Virus record (IMG/VR): IMGVR_UViG_3300017716_002569
Span: 1-61,959 of that record
Length of the DNA stretch: 61,959 nucleotides
Reading direction: 5' to 3' (one strand)
Origin: a virus
Taxonomy: Duplodnaviria > Caudoviricetes
Each line of letters begins with the position of its first letter. Position 1 is the stretch's first letter. Below the pieces are notes generated by a model, which was not told the DNA's origin, did no database searches, and saw only the letters and a list, made by a program, of their open reading frames with translations. Shown one piece after another: positions 16,959 to 24,921 of the stretch. A program made the position numbers and the translations under genes.

Positions 16959-17183
16959 ATGTTTGTAAAGATAAAAAATAGCAAAGAGCTGGTAGAGTTT
17001 ATCGAAAAGGAGATAAAAACTAGGAAATTGAGGGTGAATGATGTTTGCTTGGGAATAGGGATGAGTAGGAGTCAATTTTGGAGGTTTCGGACTGGTGATA
17101 GTAGTTCGGTATTTAACTTTGATGATTATATGCGTATGTGTGAATATTTTGGAGTAGAGAATGTATTATTGAAGGAGGAATAA
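16959..17183 (+). CDS. XRE/Cro-type HTH transcriptional regulator
   Basis: 'LRVNDVCLGIGMSRSQFWRFRTG...YMRMCEYFGV' pattern. Confidence 0.75.
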   Translation: MFVKIKNSKELVEFIEKEIKTRKLRVNDVCLGIGMSRSQFWRFRTGDSSSVFNFDDYMRMCEYFGVENVLLKEE

Positions 17184-17387
17184 GTGATGTCGTATATAGT
17201 GATCAATGAGAAGCGTGATGCAGATGGATTGGAAGAGCAGTATTGGGTGTTTTTTAGGCTATGGTGTAGGTTTGGGTATGAGATAAAAAGGGAGCAATAT
17301 GCAGCATTAGGAAAGGAGTTAAGGGCGTTGAAGTTGGTGATAGACCAGAAGAGGGGAAAAGTGCCGTGTTTGCCTGATAAAATTTGA
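17184..17387 (+). CDS. hypothetical protein
   Basis: 67-aa ORF coupled to the HTH gene. Confidence 0.45.
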   Translation: MMSYIVINEKRDADGLEEQYWVFFRLWCRFGYEIKREQYAALGKELRALKLVIDQKRGKVPCLPDKI

Positions 17388-17512
17388 AAATTAGGGCTTC
17401 GCCCGTTTGCTGTGTATTCGTGGCGTGATAGGGTTGGCGAAAAGTGGTAAAAAGTGGCGTTTTTTGAGTGGCGCGGTTTTGCTGGGGTTGGCGAGTGTTC
17501 TTTATAGTATTT

Positions 17513-17636
17513 GGGGAGTTGGCGGCTGTGAACGTAGTTGTGTCCGAAAGACCTTTACACAACTTATAGGCGAAAGCGTGACTAAAGGTAGTAACGTAAG
17601 TATAACTATAAAAAGGTTGAAATCCTTTTCTCTCCA
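17513..17636 (+). ncRNA. tRNA/tmRNA-like RNA with a G3.U70-type acceptor stem
   Basis: 5' GGGGAG pairs with 3' CTCTCC-A; T-arm AAAGG TTGAAAT CCTTT; internal hairpin AGTTGTGT..ACACAACT. Confidence 0.45.
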
Positions 17637-17777
17637 CTGAGCCGTTCGAAGCGGTAAGGGTGGCTGTCGGTCATGGGACCTTCGCAATTGTGTTTGAAAG
17701 ACAATGCAATACAGGGCGTAGCCTGACAAGAACGGAAAGACGTACGACCAATACCGCTGGTAACAGTATGCGGAAAA

Positions 17778-17886
17778 GCTGGAATGAGCCAAGGTGGTGA
17801 GGCGCAACCAATGATTCTAAGGTTTAACGATTTTTAGGCTTTGAATTTATGTTGTCATGATGGGTTCGAGCCCCATATTCCAGCCA
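17778..17886 (+). tRNA. atypical tRNA-like RNA with an elongated anticodon arm
   Basis: Acceptor GCTGGAAT/ATTCCAGC, D-arm GCC AAGGTGGTGA GGC, stem GCAAC/GTTGT enclosing a ~40-nt hairpin, T-arm ATGGG TTCGAGC CCCAT; no anticodon assignable. Confidence 0.6.
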
Positions 17887-17962
17887 AACTTTATAAAAGT
17901 GCCTCCGTAACAGAATGTGCGGCTAGTGGGGAAGTGCCCCACTTTAAAAATGACCTTAATTA

Positions 17963-18466
17963 ATGGGTAAATATATGAAAACACAAGAATTAATTACGGA
18001 AGTCAAAGAACTTCCAAAACAATTGCGCGAAGAGTTTTTGCGTAATCATTGTACCAACGTATCAGTTGGCCAGTATTTCAAACGCTTTGATGATGAAGAT
18101 TTATCACAGCAAGAAAAGGAGCTGGCAAACAAAAGCATTGAGCTTTCCATCTTAGAGGACCAGTTTGATGAAGTTAAGAATGAGTGGAAAGCCAAGGTGA
18201 AAGAGAAAAAGGAAGAGTGGAAAAATGCTTTAACCTTGCTTAAGCAAAATGGTGAGTGGCTCAATGGTGAGCAGTTTATGTTTGCGGACCAAAAACGTGG
18301 CGTGATGGAGTTTTATGACAAAAATGGGGATTTTGTTTCATCCCGTAGATTGCTTCCAGAAGAAAAGCAAATGTCCATATTTGATACAGACAAGTTTTCT
18401 GTTACCGCAAAAAACATGGAGCCAAACATGGGTACTATTTCAAAGTCTAACCAATTAGGAGAATAA
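17963..18466 (+). CDS. hypothetical phage protein (coiled-coil)
   Basis: 167-aa ORF heading the replication block. Confidence 0.7.
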   Translation: MGKYMKTQELITEVKELPKQLREEFLRNHCTNVSVGQYFKRFDDEDLSQQEKELANKSIELSILEDQFDEVKNEWKAKVKEKKEEWKNALTLLKQNGEWLNGEQFMFADQKRGVMEFYDKNGDFVSSRRLLPEEKQMSIFDTDKFSVTAKNMEPNMGTISKSNQLGE

Positions 18467-18469
18467 TTT

Positions 18470-19219
18470 ATGAAATCAGAGATTAAAGTAGAAGCAAAAG
18501 AAGGAGTGTTAATGGTATTAGAGGGAAAAGCCCCAGAGCCAATTAACCCAAAAAGAGAGTACTACATGGGCGGTAATATCCGTGCCGTGGTAGATTATGT
18601 AATTGGCAGAAAAAAAGCAGGGGTGCCGGTGAATCCGCAAAATGCTGTTGTGGTAATTGACGAGACAGCCCTCACAATTACACTAACCACCGAAGCACAT
18701 TTGCATGACCAGGGAGGTGTTACTGTGGAAGCTAAATTGGAGCCAAACCCAAGATTGCAAGAATTTCAGATCAACAAAAACCACAGATTTGGTTTGAAGG
18801 ATTTGGAAAGGTTGGTTAATTTCAATGCCGACATGTTCAATGGCGAAGCTCATGCTAATGCCCATGGAATGTTAGTTGCTGCATTGCGTAACTTCACAGC
18901 AAAAGCTAATATTGAAATTCAGCAAGGTGGAGACAAAAGAGGAAACAAGGCCGAGAACTTCACCAAGACTGTTACCACAGATATCATTCAGAACTTTACT
19001 TTGTCTGCAAATATTTTTAAAGGCACAGAGGTAAAAACATTTACTGTGGATATCTGCTACGAAATCAATGATAATGTTGTTCGTTTCTGGTTAGAGTCAA
19101 CAGAGTTGTTCCAGCTTACTATTCGTGAGCTTAACAGCCAGTTTACCACACAGAAGGAGTACTTATCTGATTTAACAGAAGGTACCTCACAGCATGGTTT
19201 AATAGTTATTTCGAAATAA
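18470..19219 (+). CDS. hypothetical phage protein (DUF2303-like)
   Basis: 249-aa ORF; weak resemblance only. Confidence 0.6.
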   Translation: MKSEIKVEAKEGVLMVLEGKAPEPINPKREYYMGGNIRAVVDYVIGRKKAGVPVNPQNAVVVIDETALTITLTTEAHLHDQGGVTVEAKLEPNPRLQEFQINKNHRFGLKDLERLVNFNADMFNGEAHANAHGMLVAALRNFTAKANIEIQQGGDKRGNKAENFTKTVTTDIIQNFTLSANIFKGTEVKTFTVDICYEINDNVVRFWLESTELFQLTIRELNSQFTTQKEYLSDLTEGTSQHGLIVISK

Positions 19220-19297
19220 TTTTGAGAGGCCCTTTCCATTATTGATATGGTTAGGGCTTCTCCTTAAACGCTAATCTGTGGCGTAACACAGATAAAA

Positions 19298-19504
19298 TTG
19301 CAAATGGGAATAAGAATGATTTTTGAAAGTGGGGATGCTTCAATAGCCCCAGAAGTTGCTAATGAAAAGAAAAGATTAGTACTAAATATAGGAATGAATA
19401 ATGGTTTAGGTAAGTCAACACATATTGTGATGCACTTGGATAAAAAAACAGCCATTCGCCTTACCAAGCATTTACGTTCACTTATATCAGAAATGGAGGA
19501 CTAA
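19298..19504 (+). CDS. hypothetical protein
   Basis: 68-aa ORF directly upstream of the initiator gene. Confidence 0.45.
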   Translation: MQMGIRMIFESGDASIAPEVANEKKRLVLNIGMNNGLGKSTHIVMHLDKKTAIRLTKHLRSLISEMED

Positions 19505-19505
19505 C

Positions 19506-20228
19506 ATGGCTAAGGGACTACCATATTTTGAATTTTGGACTTCCGAATGGCTAACTGGTGACATTTGTTTTGAGGACCTAGAAACACAGGGTTTATTTAT
19601 TAATATCTGTGCCTTATATTGGCAGCGTAATGGTGACTTATTAGTATCAGATATTGAAAGAAGATATAATAAACCGAACGCTTTTAATTCGCTTACCGAT
19701 AGGATAATTTCGGTTTCAGATGGGTTAATAAAAATAGCTTTTTTAGATGAACAATTACTTGCAAGAAAACATAAAAGTAAAGTCAATTCTGAAAATGGAA
19801 GCAAGGGAGGAAGGCCGAAAACAAAGGAAATAAAACCGAACGCTTTAGTTTCGTTAACCGAAATTAAACCGAATCAAAAGGCAATAGAAGAGAATAGAAG
19901 AGAAGAGAATAGAATAGAAGATAATAAAAGAGAAGAGAATTTACATCCACTTCAAAAGTGGATTAAAGAAACTAAACCTTTTGTTTCTAAAATTTCTAGT
20001 CAACTTTCTTTTGCAGAATGTGAAAGGTTAGTAATTCAATTTGATAAAACAACTCTACAAAATATTCTTGAGAACATGGAAAATTACAAGGGAGTTGAAA
20101 AAAAATATACTAGCGTTAACCTTACTGTTAGAAAATGGATAGCCAAAGATATTGCTGATAAGAAAAACTTACCAGCAGGTCAACAAGCTGATAGACCTGA
20201 TTTACAAAAAGCAATTTACAAAGGATAG
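19506..20228 (+). CDS. phage replication initiator (YdaU/DUF1376-like N-terminus)
   Basis: 'LPYFEFWTSEWLTG...QGLFINICALYW' and 'NSENGSKGGRPK' motifs; internal DNA repeats; adjacent to dnaB. Confidence 0.75.
   Translation: MAKGLPYFEFWTSEWLTGDICFEDLETQGLFINICALYWQRNGDLLVSDIERRYNKPNAFNSLTDRIISVSDGLIKIAFLDEQLLARKHKSKVNSENGSKGGRPKTKEIKPNALVSLTEIKPNQKAIEENRREENRIEDNKREENLHPLQKWIKETKPFVSKISSQLSFAECERLVIQFDKTTLQNILENMENYKGVEKKYTSVNLTVRKWIAKDIADKKNLPAGQQADRPDLQKAIYKG
19671..19940 (+). repeat. iteron-like repeats, probable replication origin
   Basis: AAACCGAACGCTTT at 19671 and 19833, further AACCGAA copies, then a purine-rich GAAGAGAATA tract. Confidence 0.6.
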
Positions 20229-20232
20229 TACC

Positions 20233-21753
20233 ATGGAACAGAAAAGAAAAAACACCCGTGGAAACCTTTTGTTAGAATCAGGATCAAAACTTCCACCACA
20301 GGCCATAGATTTAGAAGAGGCTGTTTTAGGGGCTTTAATGATAGAGAGTGGTACATTTGATAGCGTGATGGAAATTATTTCGCCAGAGGTTTTCTATAAA
20401 GACAACCACGGCATAATTTATCAAACTATCTGTGAGCTCAAAACAGAAAACACTCCAATTGACATTTTAACAGTTACAAATAAACTTCGTAAAAATGGTA
20501 AATTAGAATTGGTTGGAGGTGCGTATTACGTTACCCAACTTACCAATAATATTGCATCTGGGGCAAACATTGTAACACATGCTTACATCATTAAGGAAAA
20601 GCACATCCTTCGTGAAATGATTAGGATTGCTGGTGTTATAACCAAATTGGCATTTGAAGAGGACACAGATTTTGAAGAGGCTGTGGATAGGTTTGAAGAG
20701 GAAATGCAGCCTATTCGTGATTTTCTTGGTGGCGTGAATCCATATACACCATGGGCAAAGTTGCTAAAAGAAGAGAATGAAAGGATCAAAATTATTGCCT
20801 CACAGAAAAATCTTGACCTACTTGGTGCCAACACTGGAAGCGAAAGTTTAAATAGAATTTTGGGAGGTTTCAGAAATTCAGATTTAATAATTGTTGCTGC
20901 AAGACCAGGAATAGGAAAAACAACGCGAAGTTTGGCTTATGCAAGAGCCGCAGCACTCACTGGTAAGCCTGTGGCAATTTTCAGTCTTGAAATGAAAGCT
21001 GAACAGCTGGTAAGGAAATTTATCATTGAGGAAAGCGAAGTTTACTCTAATAAATTTTTATTAGGAACTTTAACCGAGCAAGATTTAATTGCTATTGACA
21101 ATGCAGTTATCGAGCTTTTAAAATTACCAATAGAAATAATTGATAAGTCTGGTGTAAAGCCAATGTATGTTAAAGCTACCATTAGGAAAATCAAAAAGAA
21201 AATTGGTCCACTTGGATTGGTTGTAATTGATTACATGCAGTTAATGAACTCAAATGTTGCAGTAAAAGCAAATAGGGAGCAGGAGATTAGTAATATCAGT
21301 AAAAGTTTAAAGGAGCTTGCAAAAGACGAGAATGTTCCCGTTTTGGCTTTGAGCCAATTATCAAGGGAGTTAGAGAAAAGGGCCAACAAAAGGCCAATTC
21401 TTTCTGACCTCCGCGAATCAGGTTCAATTGAGCAGGATGCAGATTCAGTTTTAATGCTGTATTCTCCGGCTAAGTATTACCATGATAAATTGAAGGACCC
21501 TGACTATAAGGACCAAGAAATGACACAGGAAGTCTATGAGGAAATTATGGAAACATGGATTATGAAGAATAGACATGGTGCCGCAGATATCGTAGTTATT
21601 GAATCTTTCAATAAAAAATTAGGTAGGTTCAAGCATTACAACCCAGATAAAGTTGAACAGCATGAGCTAACCCAAGCACAGGACACAACATGGCAGCAAG
21701 GACTTGACCTTTTTGCAAGTAAAGATGAACCATTTAATCCAGCACCATTCTAA
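20233..21753 (+). CDS. dnaB: replicative DNA helicase
   Basis: 'LPPQAIDLEEAVLGAL', Walker A 'AARPGIGKT', 'IDYMQL', 'LSQLSR', 'DLRESGSIEQDAD'. Confidence 0.97.
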   Translation: MEQKRKNTRGNLLLESGSKLPPQAIDLEEAVLGALMIESGTFDSVMEIISPEVFYKDNHGIIYQTICELKTENTPIDILTVTNKLRKNGKLELVGGAYYVTQLTNNIASGANIVTHAYIIKEKHILREMIRIAGVITKLAFEEDTDFEEAVDRFEEEMQPIRDFLGGVNPYTPWAKLLKEENERIKIIASQKNLDLLGANTGSESLNRILGGFRNSDLIIVAARPGIGKTTRSLAYARAAALTGKPVAIFSLEMKAEQLVRKFIIEESEVYSNKFLLGTLTEQDLIAIDNAVIELLKLPIEIIDKSGVKPMYVKATIRKIKKKIGPLGLVVIDYMQLMNSNVAVKANREQEISNISKSLKELAKDENVPVLALSQLSRELEKRANKRPILSDLRESGSIEQDADSVLMLYSPAKYYHDKLKDPDYKDQEMTQEVYEEIMETWIMKNRHGAADIVVIESFNKKLGRFKHYNPDKVEQHELTQAQDTTWQQGLDLFASKDEPFNPAPF

Positions 21754-22592
21754 TGGAACAAGAAACATTATATATTGCAAGCATTAGCGGTGGCAAGGAT
21801 TCATCTGCTCTATATCTTTTAATGATGGAGTACCACGGGAATAATTTTTTACCAGTATTTGCCGACACAGGGCACGAACACCCTGTTACTGTAAACTATG
21901 TTCGAAACATGCACCACATGACCGGAGGACCAAAAGTTGAAATGTGTAAGGCTGACTTTTCTAAAAAACTTGAAAAGAAAGGAATTGAACCCACAGGAAA
22001 TGGCATGTTAGATTTATCGCTATGGAAAGGAAGGGCACCAAGTTCAAAAGCTCAGTTCTGTACTGAATGGTTAAAGCTGTGGCCTATCAAGCTATTTTTA
22101 CACAACAACTATCCAAACCATAAATGGGTAATGCATACAGGAGTTAGAAGGGAAGAGTCAAAGCGTAGATCAACAAAAGAACCTTTTGATTGGAATGGAT
22201 ATTTTGATTGTCTTGACGTGAGGCCGTTGCTTTATGAAACCGAGAAGTACATGTTTAAAATGATGGAAGAAAAAGGACTGCCACCAAACCCATTATACGC
22301 ACTAGGAAATAATAGGGTTGGCTGTTTTCCATGCATCCACAGTAACAAAAAGCAACTACAGGTTTTACCTGATTGGGCTTGGGATAGATTACAATACTAT
22401 GAAGATACGTTAGGTAGAAGTTGGTTTTCCCCAGGAATATTACCAGGGAAGCCAGATAAGTATGTGCCAGTAGTATCTGAAATAAGGGAGTGGGCTAAAA
22501 CAACCCACGGGGGAAGGAATTACGATTTATTTAAACAGGACACGGTAGAAGATGCCCCTTCGTGTTTTTCAACGTGGCATGAATGTGAGTAA
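21753..22592 (+). CDS. PAPS reductase family protein
   Basis: PP-loop 'SISGGKDS', 'FADTGHE', 'GVRREES..R', 'NPLY..G..RVGCFPC'. Confidence 0.88.
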   Translation: MEQETLYIASISGGKDSSALYLLMMEYHGNNFLPVFADTGHEHPVTVNYVRNMHHMTGGPKVEMCKADFSKKLEKKGIEPTGNGMLDLSLWKGRAPSSKAQFCTEWLKLWPIKLFLHNNYPNHKWVMHTGVRREESKRRSTKEPFDWNGYFDCLDVRPLLYETEKYMFKMMEEKGLPPNPLYALGNNRVGCFPCIHSNKKQLQVLPDWAWDRLQYYEDTLGRSWFSPGILPGKPDKYVPVVSEIREWAKTTHGGRNYDLFKQDTVEDAPSCFSTWHECE

Positions 22593-22594
22593 TT

Positions 22595-22912
22595 ATGAAA
22601 AAACCATATAAACAACCAGCAAAAAAGCTCACCAAGCAAGAGTGGGCCAAGATTGACGAAGAGTATTCAGAGGATATGAATATTCAAATTGCAGCAAATA
22701 AAAAGGACCCAGACAATTGGGTGAATGTCACCTGCAAGGGTGTTGTTATTCCACTGACCAAGGAAGAAGAGGTTGCCTGGAATAAGTTGTCAAGGACCGA
22801 CAAACGATCCATGGCTGACAGCATAAAGAAAAAAATTGATTCTGGGGCATTTGAATACATACAGTACGAAACAATAAAATTAATACGACCAACGCATGAA
22901 AGAGAAGATTAA
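22595..22912 (+). CDS. hypothetical protein
   Basis: 105-aa ORF in operon. Confidence 0.6.
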   Translation: MKKPYKQPAKKLTKQEWAKIDEEYSEDMNIQIAANKKDPDNWVNVTCKGVVIPLTKEEEVAWNKLSRTDKRSMADSIKKKIDSGAFEYIQYETIKLIRPTHERED

Positions 22913-23213
22913 CACACTATCAAACCGAGTTTTGATAAAACCCGATTTGGTATCAGAGGTTCAGAATGGGATAATTTCTGGATTTGAGACAAATGATGAA
23001 GGGCAAATAGTTAGGAAGCCAAGGAAGCCGCATACAGGTGTTGTTCTTTCTGTGGGGCGTTTCGTGCCACAGATTAAGGAGGGCATGAAGTTAATATTCC
23101 CAACCGGAGGTGCAACTGTTTTGCAGGAGAACGGGGAAGAGGTATTGATGTATAGGGCTTGTGACATTTTTGCAATTTTGGATGGAAAAAATATAATACC
23201 ATTAGCGTTATGA
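22896..23213 (+). CDS. GroES-like co-chaperonin
   Basis: 'LSNRVLIKP...GII...TGVVLSVG...IKEG..LIF...GEEVLMYRACDIFAIL' Cpn10 pattern. Confidence 0.75.
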   Translation: MKEKINTLSNRVLIKPDLVSEVQNGIISGFETNDEGQIVRKPRKPHTGVVLSVGRFVPQIKEGMKLIFPTGGATVLQENGEEVLMYRACDIFAILDGKNIIPLAL

Positions 23214-23944
23214 TTTTAGATAGCATAGAAAATTTTAAACCAAAGTTCAACTGGATTTTAATAAAACCAGATTGGAACGGACAAGAAATAACCAGACCTT
23301 ATGAGGTAACTGGTCCAGATGGCAAATTGTCAATTCAGATTGATACAAGCTATGAACCTGAGAAAAATGCATGTTGCACTGGAACTGTGGTGAAAATTCC
23401 AGAGGGTCAACCATATTTTAACCCCAGTGATCCTACAAAGTCAATGGAGTGGGTAACTGATTTTGAAGTCCAAGAAGGTGACAAAGTTATCTTTGGTTAC
23501 TTTGCATTTACGGAGGCTTTCAGGGATGCTGACCCTAGATGGATAAAAGTTAATGGTGAAATTTACATTCTTGTATTTTACGGGTTGATGTATTTAGCTA
23601 GGAGAGGTGATGATGTGATAATGCTGAACGGCTATACTTTGATTGAGCCCGTGCAAGATGAAGTTGCCACAAAACTATTCCTTCCTTCTCACATTAAAAG
23701 GAGCACTAATAAGCAACGTGGAATAGTAAGGTACATGGGTTCATTAAATAGAGAGTATTCGAACCACAGGTACACCCCAGATGATGATAGTCTGCAGGTG
23801 GGTGATTTAGTCACCATGGATAGGTATTGCAATATTCCCCTAGAGTACAGCATGTGGAGTACATTTGATAAGAATAAAACCTACTTTCGAGTTCAGAGAA
23901 CATTTATTAGCGGCATAATTAAACAATTTGAAGATGGTAAATAA
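23210..23944 (+). CDS. tandem GroES-like domain protein
   Basis: Two Cpn10-like units: 'NWILIKP...GTVVKIP...VQEGDKVIF' and 'YTLIEPV...LFLP...GIVRYMG...LQVGDLV'. Confidence 0.65.
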   Translation: MILDSIENFKPKFNWILIKPDWNGQEITRPYEVTGPDGKLSIQIDTSYEPEKNACCTGTVVKIPEGQPYFNPSDPTKSMEWVTDFEVQEGDKVIFGYFAFTEAFRDADPRWIKVNGEIYILVFYGLMYLARRGDDVIMLNGYTLIEPVQDEVATKLFLPSHIKRSTNKQRGIVRYMGSLNREYSNHRYTPDDDSLQVGDLVTMDRYCNIPLEYSMWSTFDKNKTYFRVQRTFISGIIKQFEDGK

Positions 23945-24239
23945 AAAAAAGGAAGATATTTCCATAAAGGGTTTATGGGAATCATTTTTGCACATGAACG
24001 GGATTAAGTCAGGTACCATACCTGCTATTCAGAAGCATGAAATGCGAAAAACATTTTACATGGCCTGTGGCATGTTGCACACACAAATCAGGGATGAAAT
24101 GTCAAAGTTTGAACCTGAGTTGGCAATATTTGTAATGGAAACCCAAATGGTTGATATTGCAGATTACTTGGGTGGCATTGCAGAAAGGGACCAGTCAAGT
24201 AAAGGATTAACTATTAGTAAACCAGAAATTATACATTAA
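23928..24239 (+). CDS. hypothetical protein
   Basis: 103-aa ORF before a terminator. Confidence 0.55.
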   Translation: MKMVNKKKEDISIKGLWESFLHMNGIKSGTIPAIQKHEMRKTFYMACGMLHTQIRDEMSKFEPELAIFVMETQMVDIADYLGGIAERDQSSKGLTISKPEIIH

Positions 24240-24249
24240 AATCATACAC

Positions 24250-24283
24250 AAAAAAGAGGACCTAATAAGTTCTCTTTTTTTTT
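24250..24283 (+). terminator. intrinsic terminator, followed by TATCTTTG promoter box (24283-24290)
   Basis: AAAAAGAGGAC-CTAATAA-GTTCTCTTTTTTTTT. Confidence 0.65.
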
Positions 24284-24312
24284 ATCTTTGAATTTCAAAA
24301 GAGTATAAGCGC

Positions 24313-24921
24313 ATGAATTATAGAGAATCAGATTATAGATTAATGCTTTTCAACGTAAGTGAGTTGCAAAAGTTTGATGATCCATTAGTTTTTTGGCCTG
24401 AACTTAGGAAGATTGATGAACTAAGGCTTGCAGAAACAGGGGTTAACTTGCCAAAGGATAAAGTATTGAGGTACATTTTCCTGTGCTATGATAGAGGTAG
24501 CCCCGTGGTGATACACAATAAGGACCTTATTAAAAGAAAGTACGAAGCTGCAATTCTATCTGGATTTGAGCTTGTAGATAAAAAGTTTGAGAAGCAGGTA
24601 GAGGATGTAATTAAATGCCAAGACCCACTTGTTAATGAAATGATATGTGCGTTTGTCCGGTTATTTGGGGATGACGATTTTGCCTACATTACCTCATTGA
24701 AGGATGCCCTTTATGCAATTTTGCCAAGTGTTCAGCTAGGTGAGATAAAGGATATTGATAAGGTACAGAAGCTCAAAAAAGAGATTGATACTGTTACTGA
24801 AAAAATACTTGTGCGCGACAATACCAACAATTTGTATCTTGACCTTTACAAATATATTGAGCGTGAGAAGCTAGGATTGAGGCCAGAGGATATGGCGTTA
24901 AAAAATAATAGGAACAGGTAA
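24313..24921 (+). CDS. putative terminase small subunit
   Basis: 202-aa helical ORF coupled to the large terminase; positional call only. Confidence 0.5.
   Translation: MNYRESDYRLMLFNVSELQKFDDPLVFWPELRKIDELRLAETGVNLPKDKVLRYIFLCYDRGSPVVIHNKDLIKRKYEAAILSGFELVDKKFEKQVEDVIKCQDPLVNEMICAFVRLFGDDDFAYITSLKDALYAILPSVQLGEIKDIDKVQKLKKEIDTVTEKILVRDNTNNLYLDLYKYIEREKLGLRPEDMALKNNRNR

Noticed and set aside
17254-17807. ORFs 17254-17637(-), 17407-17640(+) and 17502-17807(-)
   Set aside because: Atypical composition, weak starts, and overlap with structured RNA elements that explain the region better.
17890-17955. Possible HDV-like (theta) ribozyme downstream of the tRNA-like element
   Set aside because: I could not build the nested double pseudoknot; only a simple AGTGGGG/CCCCACT hairpin is evident.
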